Made by a program: the position numbers and the translations under genes. Source: Mobula hypostoma (taxonomy: Eukaryota). From it: DNA of 64,000 nt. The notes beneath the pieces are model-generated. The model was not told the DNA's origin, ran no database searches, and saw only the letters and a program-made list of their open reading frames with translations. Shown here one piece after another: positions 53,901 through 64,000 of this stretch. The stretch covers positions 91,328,001 to 91,392,000 of the forward strand of contig NC_086097.1 of NCBI RefSeq assembly GCF_963921235.1. Direction: 5' to 3'. Each line of letters starts with the position of its first letter. Position 1 is the stretch's first letter.

Positions 53901-53992
53901 CACAGTGATGACAGGTTACTGACCTGGAAAGTTAACATGGTGGCTGCAGAAATCTGAAATTTAACAAGAATGCTGGAAATACTCAGAGTAGA

Positions 53993-55112
53993 GTAACGCA
54001 CACAAAATGCTGGAGAAACTCAGCAGGCCAGGCAGCATCTAGGAATATATTACTGTCGATGTTTCGGCCCGAAACCCTTCAGCAGGACTGGAGAGAAAAA
54101 GCTGAGGAGTAGATTTAAAAGGTGGAGGGAGGGGTGAGAGAAACACCAGGTGATAAGTGAAACTTGGAGGCGGGGAGGGATGAAGTAAAGAATTGGGAAG
54201 TTGATTGGTGAAAGAGACAGAAGGCCATGGAAGAAAGAAAAATGGGGGAGGAGCACCAGAGAGAGGTGAGAGAGGGAAAAGGGAATGGGAAATGGTATTA
54301 TCAGAAGTTTGAGAAATCAATATTCATGCCAACAGGTTGGAGGCTACCCAAATGGAGTAGAAGGTGTTGTTCCTCCAACCTAAGTGTGGCCTCATCACAA
54401 CAGTGGAAGAAGCCATAGATGGACAGATCGGAATGTGAATGGGAAGTGGAATTATAATGGATGGGCAGTGGGAAATCCTGCTTGTTCTGGCAGACGGAGT
54501 GTGCATGCTCAGTGAAGCTATCTCCCAATCTACGCTGGGTATCACCAATATATAGGAGGCCACACTGGGAGCACTGAACACAGTAAATGACCCCAACAGA
54601 CTCACAGGGGGTGAAGTATTGCCTCACCTGGAAGGACTACTTCAGGCCCTGAATGGTAGTGAGGAGGAGGTGTGGGGGCAGGTGTAGCACTTGTTCCACT
54701 TGCAAAGATAACTGCCAGGAGGGAGATCAGTGGGGAGGGACAAATGGACAAGGGAGTCGCATAGGGAGCGATCCCTGTGGAAAGCAGAAAGTAGGAGGGT
54801 GGTGGGGGGTGAGGGAAAGATGTGCTTGGTGATGGGATCCTGTTGGAGGTGGCAGAAGTTTTGGAGAATTATGTGCAGGACGTGGGGTGGTAGGTGAGAA
54901 CAAAAGGAAGCCTATCCCTGGTAGGGTGGCAGGAAGATGGGGTAAGAGCAGACGTGCATGAAATGGAAGAGGTGCGGTTCAAGGTGGCGTTGATGGTGGA
55001 GAAAGGGAAGCCCTTTCTTTGAAAAATGAGGACATCTCCTTTGTTCTAGAATGAAAAGCCTCATCCTGAGAGCAGATACAGTGGAGACGGAGGAATTGAG
55101 AGAAGGGGATAG
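53993..55112 (-). mobile_element. Decayed Penelope-like element (GIY-YIG plus pLTR, mutated hammerhead at ~54053-54090)
   Basis: CESVGVIYCVQCSQCGLLYIGDTQRRLGDSF..EEQHLLLHLGSLQPVGMNIDF. Confidence 0.9.
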
Positions 55113-55140
55113 TGTGAATAGAGTAGGCATTTTAGAACAA

Positions 55141-55560
55141 TTTAGATTAGATTAGATTAGATTCAACTTTATTGTCATTGTGCCAAGTACAGATACAAAG
55201 CCAATGAAATGCAGTTAGCATCTAACCAGAAATGCAAAGAATAGTGTTATTTACAAAATAACTGTGAATAAAAAGTAAATGCTACAGCACACAAATACTG
55301 TATAAAAGTACTAAGACAGTACAATATGGGTGCAATACTGCTTAGCGCTGTGATGTGAGGTTCAGCAGGGTCACAGCCTCAGGGAAGAAGTTCTTCCTGT
55401 GCATGCTGGTGCAGGAACAGAGGCTCCTATAGCACCTACCGGATGTGAGGAAAGTAAAAAGTCCATGGTTAGGGTGAGATGCATCCTTGATAATGCTTTT
55501 CGCCCTGCCCAGGCAGTGTATATGGTAGATGTTCTCAATGGTGGGCAATTGAGTGCCGAT
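55141..55560 (-). mobile_element. Rex/Babar-type LINE 3' end
   Basis: PTIENIY..CLGRAKSIIKDASHPNHGLF..LTSGRCYRSL; aataaagttgaa(tctaa)n tail. Similar + strand pieces at ~38330-38690, 62300-62730 and 63250-63680. Confidence 0.8.
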
Positions 55561-56599
55561 AATTCACTTTACTTCCTGTGAGAGTTGTAAAAGTTTAACT
55601 TTAAAATGGAGGACATGTTGGGTTGGGCCAGATAGTGGGGAGCAGGAATGGGCAAAAAGAATGCTCTGCGAAAAGGTAGAAAACAAGCTTGGTTAAATTG
55701 AAATGAGGACAATGGTGCAAGGTGAGTAGGGCTAATATGCAGAGACAACAGATACTGCAAACGATGGAACTTAGAGTTACACACAAAATGCTGGAGGATC
55801 TCAGCAGGTCGAGCAGGACCTTCCTCCAGGGAAATGGACTGTCAGACTTGTTGGTCAAGACCCTTCATCTGGACTGGACTGCAGTGTGGTAATGCAGGGG
55901 CCTGGAAGAAGTGCAAGTGGCCACAACGTAGTCACTTGGGTGCCTGCTAGCATAGCTGCTAACTTACAACCCCAGTGGCCCAGGTTCCATCCTAACCCAA
56001 AATGCTGCCTGTGTGGAGTTTGCCGTGACCGCGTGGGTTTCCTCTGACATCCCAAGAATGTGCCGGTCGGTAGGACCTGTCCCTATAAACTGAGTACAGG
56101 CAGTGATGAAACATGGGTGAGTTGATCAGAAAGTAGGGACTTGGTTACAAGCTAAATTTGGGGGACTATACCAAATGGGCTGTTCTTTGGCATCAGAAAT
56201 GTGGAAATGTGTGAAATGAATCCTCAACATAAGAGAACAATGATATGATCGTAAATTGTTGAACATATTGCTGAGACATAAGGATGTAATTTGCCTCGTT
56301 GGAAGATAATGTGTCTTCCTCAAGCTTTCATTCTGCTTGAGGAGAACTGTGTTAGCTAGAGAGACTAAAATGGGAGCGGGGCAGACAATTAAACAGATGA
56401 CCAGAAGTCAGGTAACCCTTGCAACTGAAAGAGGTACAAGGCTTGTACCTTGAAAGAGGTGCAAGAGGTACAAGGCTTTTATGTCTGGAGCCTGCGATAT
56501 GGGAAGAGAAGAGGTGAAATGATTAGTGTGTCTCCCCCTGCGTTTTCGTAGGATGATGCTGAGGATTTGGTATTGGCAGTCAATGAGAGAAAGAGCAAA

Positions 56600-57940
56600 A
56601 AGGCATAGACACAATAGTCTCTCCAGACTGCTGCAAGAGAAGACAGGAAGAAATGTGTGGGTGCTAGCAACATATGGGACGCAGCAGAAATGCCACAAAA
56701 GATCTGCAATAGCATCATCTTGCTAGTATATGTTTTTGGATAATTAAAATATTCCATGATATTTGCATTATGTCCTTTATTCCTTTTGCCTGTATCCGTG
56801 CATTGTCCATTAGGATCCATGTTTTAAATGTCTTTTTTAAAATGAAGTAGTTCATCTTTATTTCAATCCATAAACAAATGCCACTATTCTTCTGGTAGTG
56901 ACAGCCATGTACATCCAGTGTCACCACATTAGCTCTAATTATTGCTTCTACTGAAGATCCCCCACTTGCTTCACTGTCCTTCACAATTATGTTTTAACCG
57001 TTTTATTTCCAGTCGTATTCACCATGAAGGTGCATTTTTGGTGTAAATAATTCAGTTCCCCACCAACAAGTATTCAACAGCCTACTTTCCCCCACATCTC
57101 AACAGTTATGCCCTGGTTTGCAATATTTATGTGTTTGTTTTGTAACTGCATCTGTCTGTTTTAGTGCTTATTTTTAGCTTATTCTGATATTGACACTCAA
57201 CTAACCTTTTTTTCAAACATATCACTTTCACCATACCTCCTTCGTACCAACTCCTCCCTCCCCGCAACCCGAGCTCTCCAGCAACCCCTTCCCCCCAGCC
57301 ACCTCCTAACTTCCCGACCATATTGATTTAAAAATGCCCCTACTGCTTTAAAGTCCCAGCAACAAACTTCTTTATCTTTTCTGCTGGGACACTTGTCCCA
57401 ATCCATTTCACATGAGGCCACTGCTGGACTATTATCACATTCCAATATAATATCATCATATGATATTCCAGTATCATAGAACATAGAATATCGATCATAG
57501 GTTAGTACAGTATAGGACCAGGTCCTAAGGTCCATCCAATCTGTGTCAGCTATGATGTCAGTTTTAAGCTAATCCCATCTACCAGTACGTGGAGTATACG
57601 CTTTAATTCCCTGCCTGTCCATATGCCTGTCTAAATGCCTCTAAAATGCCACTTCCACCATGACCCTGTCAGCACATGCCATGTTCTTGATGCAAAAAAA
57701 ACTTATAACTCATGTCTCCTTTAAACTTTTGTTTTCTCTCCACAAGTCTATGTCCTTTAGTATTTGATATTGCTACTTCGGGAAACTGACACTGACTATC
57801 TACCCTTTCTAAGCCTCTCACAACTCTAAGGTCTCCCTCAGTCTCGGATGCTCCAGAGAAAACAATTCAAGTTTGTCCAATCTCTCCTTATACTCTCTAA
57901 TCCAGGCAGCATCCTGTTAAACATCTTCTGAACCGTGTGT
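56600..57940 (-). mobile_element. Old CR1 remnants (APE/ORF1 relic at 56600-57460; 3' end at 57470-57940)
   Basis: LWIEIK and IMEYFNYP (GDFNYP-like); catagaacatagaa tail at ~57475. Confidence 0.5.
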
Positions 57941-58191
57941 TCCATGACTGCTATAAATGCTTTAGTCTGATGGAATTTTGGGTATTATCTGTCAGAGACA
58001 GACTGATTAACACCATCAATTCCATCCAATGTATGAAACGCACTTTCATACTGGTTCCATTGCATACTGGTCTCTGGTTGGTAGAAAGATCACGGATATT
58101 AAATGAACATTTATTTAAATGTTAAATGAACAACTATTCCTGACATCAGAGAGCTTTTACTCACTTATTTAAGGCTTCCAAGTTTGATCTA

Positions 58192-58336
58192 TGGTGGTAT
58201 TTAATATTTCAGTAATATTTGAATAATATTGTGAATATTGGTTAATTAAGCATTCTTTTTTCTTTACATTATGCATTGCAGATTATATGTAAAAGTACAC
58301 AATTAGTTTTATGTTTTGGAGTTACAAAACGTAATG
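58192..58336 (+). repeat. Internally deleted solo LTR of the Gypsy family at 1-4190
   Basis: gtatttaatattt.agtaatatttga.taatattgt.aat...attaagcattcttt...ttatatgtaa and gga.ttacaaaacgtaa match 3965-4188. Confidence 0.85.
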
Positions 58337-59835
58337 GTTGTTGATATCAGTCATTCCAACACCCATTTGATTCAGCACGCCCAGGTTAGAGGGAATAAGC
58401 AACTGATGTTACAATTCCTGATCACCTGCCAATGTTTCTGGTTAGGCAATCATTTATGTAAATTTTCAATGATGATTGCAAATATAATGAAACGTATTTC
58501 TCCCTCCTCACAGTCAGTGGATCTAGATCCTGGAATTCCATAACCAGAGCATTGAGTGAGTAACATCATCATGATTCCAGGAGTTCAAGAAGGAGAGAAA
58601 TTCTTACAAGGGCAACTGAGAAGGAGGCTCACACTCTCCATTACAAGTTCAATTATGGAGGCTCACACCCCCATTACAAAGGGAACTAAGAAGGAGACTC
58701 ACCCCCTCCATTACCAGGGCAATTAAAATGAACAATAAATCTAGATGCTGTCAGAAACACCTAGCTCTAATTAATAATTTTAAAAATGCAATGTGATGAA
58801 ATATTAATAATATTTATTAAAAAGCCCATTGTATTGTCATTATTCAAGTTACTTTTATGTTAAATGTTGAAAACTGATAGCAGCTAAGGATGGGTTTGCT
58901 TGAGGTTTCCTTAGTCCTCTGAGTTTCTTCCATATCCCCAAAGTTCGTGGTTACCTGTCCACTGGAAATTGTCCCTCATATAGTTTGGAGGAAGGAGAAC
59001 AACAGAGATGATGTGGGTATGTGAGTGAGAACAAATTACATGGAAATAACTGATAGAATGAGGCCACCGAGAGCCGGCGTCAGTCACTGAGCAGCAAAAT
59101 ATAAGAAATTTATCTGACGGCTCTCTAGTTGTTAAGACTATACTTTGCCAGAAAGACCACCCATCGACAAGCTGACCTGTTAAATCACGTTATGTTCCAT
59201 TTGCTGCCCTTTACTCCTGTGTTTCTGCTCAGCTTTGTAACAAGCTGTACTCTATGTCATCAATTATTTACTGGGTACTGCATGTTTCATGGACAATCTG
59301 ATTACATACACAATGGTTATGATCTCAAATGATTACAGAAGATTGAAAACAGTTTTTCTGATTTATAGCCCTGTGACTATATTTGTTTCAGGCTAAGGAT
59401 ACCAATAATTGCTGTTATTTATGGTTTTAATTACACACACTATCAGTTCTGTGATTTTTATACGTTGTAAATAGTATTTATTATTTTGGTGACAAGGTGA
59501 ATATTCTGTATTTTTATGGTTGTAATTATAAGATTGTAAATATACTGGTCCAGGTATTTGTGTCATAAGGTGGTGACTGGGAACGGACCCAAGTGCAAGA
59601 CACAGACACTGAAGTACTAGGGACAGGACTAGGATACAGGGTGAGGGCTAGGACGTAGACACAAAAACCGGGAACCCGGAACAGGTCTGGACAAGAGAGC
59701 TAGGAGCCCGGGCTTGGACTCCAAGCCAAAGACTGGGCAAGGACCCAGAACCTGGGTCTTTCCTCTGGCTCGGACCCCAGAACTAGGCAAGGATGTGACT
59801 TGGCTGGCAAGCAGGACGAGGCTGGAGTCTTCAGG

Positions 59836-60230
59836 CTTGAGACTTGAGGCGAGGCTTGGGACCAAAGACTTAAGGCGAGGCTTGGGACCAGAGACTTAAG
59901 GCGAGGCTAGAGACTTGAGGCGAGGCTTGGGACCAGAGACTTAAGGCGAGGCTAGAGACTTGAGGTGAGGCTTAGGACCAGAGATTTGAGGCGAGGCTTG
60001 GGACCAGAGACTTAAGGCGAGGCTAGAGACTTGAGGCGAGGCTTAGGACCAGAGATTTGAGGCGAAGCTGGGGACTAGAGACTTGAGGCGAGGCTTGAGA
60101 CTAGAGGCTTGAGGCTTGGGGTCTTGAATCTTGGCTTGGGGCGAGGCTTGGCTAGATACTTGAGGCAAGGCGAGGCTAGAGATTTGAGGCAAGGCTTGGC
60201 TAGAGACTTGAGGCGAGGCTTGGCTAGAGT
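59836..60230. repeat. Minisatellite of ~19-26 bp units (gagactt[g/a]aggcgaggct...)
   Basis: More than a dozen variant copies seen directly. Confidence 0.95.
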
Positions 60231-60460
60231 CTTGGGGTCTTGAAGCTCCTCCTGGGCAGGGCGTGGTACTCCTGGGCAGGGCGCAGATCTCCACCCGACA
60301 GAGGCAAGGGTCAGGAAGGGACAGAACCCACCACAGGATAACGGCAATCTGGCCTGGCTTACCCGACAGAGGCAAGGGACAGGAAGGGACCTAGGTACAG
60401 GATGGCTCCAAGACAAGACTTCAGGCGAGGCGAGGAGAGAGTTACCAGCAAGACAAGAAA

Positions 60461-60616
60461 AGGCTTCAGGCAATGCAAAGCGAGACAAGAACTTCGGGCG
60501 AGGTGAGGCGAGAGTCACCAGCAAGACAAGGCAAGGCTTCAGGCAATGCAAAGCGAGACAAGAACTTCGGGCGAGGTGAGGCGAGAGTCACCAGCAAGAC
60601 AAGGCAAGGCTTCAGG
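60461..60616. repeat. Exact 73-bp tandem duplication
   Basis: aggcttcagg recurs at 60461, 60534 and 60607 with identical intervening sequence. Confidence 0.95.
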
Positions 60617-60973
60617 TGAGGAAACAGAAGGCAGGGGAAGGGATACAAGCAGTAAGGACAAGAACAATCCAGCAGCCACGCCCTGGTCTCTGGAGGTATC
60701 TATGCAGCCAGCCCCAACGAGAATCAGCTGCCTCAATTAGCGTTCAACAGAAACAGAAACAGGGTAGACAGGAAATCCTGGAACAAGGGTCGATGGACCA
60801 GATCGTGAACCAGAATGCGGACTTCACAGACCGGACCATGACAGTATTCCCCCCTTTACAGGAGTCTCCAGGCGACCAAACAGGCTATCCAGACTATGGA
60901 CAACCCGGGCGAGTGGGAGGCTATTTCACAGAAGAAAACCACGGGTAGCAATTTGTTGGTACACCTTTTAGAA

Positions 60974-61022
60974 CAGGGGGTCCCAACCTTCTTATGCCAT
61001 GGACCCCAAGTTGGGGACCCTT
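60974..61022. mobile_element. Tiny hAT(Charlie)-like MITE
   Basis: cagggggtcccaac...gttggggaccc terminal inverted repeats; no clean TSD. Confidence 0.55.
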
Positions 61023-61129
61023 CTTAAGGGGTATAAAATTAAGACACTAGTATTTTGAAATTAGTATTTCCCTGCATTCCTATCCCACATATGTCACTGG
61101 ATTTCTACTCTGGGCACACCGGAGCAAGC

Positions 61130-61273
61130 CAAGCAAAGAACACTGGAGGAGTTCAGAGGGTTCCTCCTGCCAATGACCGTCCATTTCCCTCCATAGATGC
61201 TGCCTGACCCACTGAGTTCCTCCAGCACACTTTGAGCTCCTTCAGACTTCAGTATCTGCAGTCTCTTGTGTCT
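61130..61273. mobile_element. Older inverted Penelope pLTR mini-insertion
   Basis: ctggaggagttcag / ctgagttcctccag arms; degenerate TSD acaccggagcaagc / acattggaccaagc. Confidence 0.6.
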
Positions 61274-63074
61274 ACATTGGACCAAGCTCCTCTTCAATCA
61301 GCCAAGCTGATCAGTGAACAGAATGGGGAGCTCTTTGTAATATTTCAAATACAGGACCAATGCTCATTACGAACAACTCCTTTGACACTTGGCTATTCCA
61401 GCAGCTGACCAGCTACATAAAATACAAGTGACCATAATCTTCACCCAGTGGGTTTGATTGCTACATGAAAATTAGTTGCTGATTTGTCCTTTGAGTCTGA
61501 CGGTTAACTTGTTGGATATCTCCAGCTTGGATTTCAAAACCCTAGATTCAGTTCTGGTGCTGGGGCTACTTTCCAAGCAGTTTTGTCTCATCCACTGGTG
61601 ATCTAGTGGGACCAGAAACTTCAGGCAAACACATCCATTCTATCCCTTGAGCACCAGTTTATGCACGTTTGATTTTTTGTCACCTTCCCTTTGGGATGAA
61701 GCCACTCCAACCATAGTTCTTAAAGGGGGGCATCCTATACCTCCTTCAAGGGTTCAGGCCTCTGTCTATTCTATCTGCACTGCAGTGGGCTGAGCTAAGG
61801 TGAATTCTGGGGAACCTTCCCCACAGAACCCTACTGGTAGCTGCACCAAGCTTCAATGTGCCCCTCAATGCATAGTCCTGCAGGCTGCATTGTGTCAGTT
61901 AGTAGCCACTTACAGCCATTTCCTCACACTGGAGGACCAATTAGTTGTGTCTTTCACTGAGCTGATGATCTGCTGAGAGAGCTGTGTAATAGAGGAAACA
62001 TGAGTGATATTGGTACCTTGTTAGAGAATGAATTTGTTTGATGATACAAAGAATACATTGATTTGATAGTGCACATGATGAAGAAAGATGTGCTGATTGT
62101 ATTGTCCTGAACATAGAGTATTTGTTTGAGTATTTTTTTGACATAGCAAAAGCTCTAGGCGGCCTTCTACTCATTGATTAGACGGTATGAATCCTGATAA
62201 CATTGTGCTAACCAACAGGTTGGAGGCAGGGTTTTAATTTACAGAGTGTCTCAACTCCTGACTGAAACTCTGGCAGAGTCTCCAGACCAGGCCAAGGCTA
62301 TTAGAAAGCATTCTGTCTAGATGCACAATAGCTTGGTATGGCAACTGCTGTGCACGTGGCTGCAAGAAACTGCAGAAAGTTGTTGAAACAGCTTAGCACA
62401 TCACAGGAACCAGACTCCCCTCTGTGGACTCAGCCTATACCTCTTACTGCCTCAGTAAAGGAGCCAGCTTAATCAAAGACACACCCATCCCAGACATTCT
62501 GCTTCTCTCTCCCATCAGGCAGAAGATACAAAAGCCTGAAAGTATTTGCCCCCCGTCACAGGGACAGCTTCTATCCAACTGTTGTCAGATTCTTGAATGG
62601 ACTTCTTGTAAGGTGAACTCTTGGCCTGACCATTTAGCTCATTATGAACTTGCACTTTATCATTTACAACTATATAAAATAAGCTTTTCACTGTATCTTG
62701 GTACATGTGACAATAATAACTAATACCAATGCCATTTTTTGTCCTGCAAAATGCAGTGACTGAAGGTTAGTTATTTCAGACAAATTATATTTTGATGTCA
62801 GTCCGGTCATTCATAGTAGGTCTGCAGACACAAATGGTGCAGAATTACTCAGTCAGCTCCATTCTGTCACCTTCAAAGAGTTAGTCAGAAATGGTCAGGC
62901 TAAGTGGTAAATTAGTAAATTCTGTCTATTGATAACAGTACCAGAATCAGGGAGCATAATGAATCTAATTACATTAATTGTGAAAAGCACACATTGTTCT
63001 TTTAGAACAGAATGTTCCTCAATTCACTAATGTTCCATTTATGATTAGGAGTGTGTATGTCTGTGTCTGTGTCT

Positions 63075-63076
<2 letters not shown>

Positions 63077-63114
<38 letters not shown>
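63077..63114 (+). repeat. (GT)n microsatellite
   Basis: Seen directly. Confidence 0.98.
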
Positions 63115-63116
<2 letters not shown>

Positions 63117-64000
63117 GTGAAAGACCAAGCAGGAAGGCAGGGTGTGCAGGTGAGGGAAGAGATATACCATTGAAAGTATCCTGAAAAAATGGCAATTTGA
63201 ATGCAGAGGAACACAAGTTGGAGAGAGTCGTGGACTCTGTCCAATACATCACTGGTACATCTCTCCCACCATCGGTCGTATCTCACTGAGGTGCTCCCTC
63301 AAGAAGGCAACAACTATCAGCAAAGATCCCCATGCCATCTTCTCACACCTACCATCAGGCAGGAGTAACAAAGGCCTGAAGTACCACACCACCAAGTTCA
63401 AGAACAACTATTTCCCTTCAACTATTTGCTTCCTGAACCAACAAGCACAACCCTGATCACTACCTCAGTACAGCAACAGTATGACCGTTTGACTACTTTG
63501 CACTAAAAAGGACTTTGCTTTTTTGTTCTAATTATGCTCTTTCATGTGAAAAATTAGCATAATTTATGTTTAATTTGTTTTTCTGGTGAATGTGATATAT
63601 CTGAAGCTATGCACTTGTGATGCTGCTGCAAGTATTTCATTGCACCTGTGCGTACATGCAGTTATGCAGACGACAAGTTGTTTGTTGCATTAACTGTGAC
63701 CAAGTTCAAGTTAAATTGTCATTCAACTACACATGAATACCCATGAATACAGCCAAACGAAACAGTGTTACTCCAGGGCCAAGGTGCCAACAGTCACGAA
63801 CAGCACAAGGCACGTACAGCACATATAAGATAACAGTAAAATATAGTTACACGGAAGATCCATCTTATCCATGCCCCTCATGATTTTATTAACCTCTACA
63901 AATTCAATTCATCAGTTCAGCCTTCTTCGCTCCAAGGAAAACAGTCTCAGTCTATCCATTCTCTCATAATTCACGTCCTCTTCAGTCCTTCCCATTCTTT

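Larger units (their letters stand above)
59561..60905 (-). mobile_element. Gypsy-type 3' LTR (59561-60843) with PPT and a short internal stub
   Basis: Ends tgtcat...atgaca; minus-strand PPT aaaggggggaatac lies directly before the LTR start; internal tandem arrays. Confidence 0.8.

Noticed and set aside
59836..60616. CRISPR-like array
   Set aside because: Units are tandem with no unique spacers, lie inside an LTR, and there are no cas genes; the DNA is eukaryotic.
59554..60848. gtatt as a 5-bp TSD of a solo LTR
   Set aside because: The left copy is offset 2 bp from the tgtcat terminus, and the right copy is part of the PPT.

Overview
This is eukaryotic, repeat-dense, intronic or intergenic DNA. 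The repeat repertoire (SacSINE1/DeuSINE-like, V-SINE/HE1-like, LF-SINE-like, CR1, Rex1/Babar, RTE, Neptune-type Penelope) points to a cartilaginous fish, probably a ray; this is an inference. I could not recognise an intact host protein-coding gene, rRNA, tRNA or CRISPR array. Most listed ORFs are broken transposon fragments or chance frames. The main contents are: a decayed Gypsy LTR element (1-4190) with a matching solo LTR near 58.2 kb; several CR1 and Rex1/Babar LINEs nested inside one another; RTE fragments; Tc1 and hAT MITEs; a second Gypsy-type LTR with internal tandem arrays; and many Penelope-like element (PLE) pieces. The most notable signal is the PLE system. One young PLE has 445-bp inverted pseudo-LTRs and an open GIY-YIG frame. 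About eight tiny (74-231 bp) internally inverted pLTR insertions are each flanked by 10-16 bp target-site duplications (TSDs). Two hammerhead ribozyme cores are intact (6310-6347 on +, 43779-43814 on -). Family names come from motif recognition by eye, not database searches, and boundaries without TSDs are approximate.
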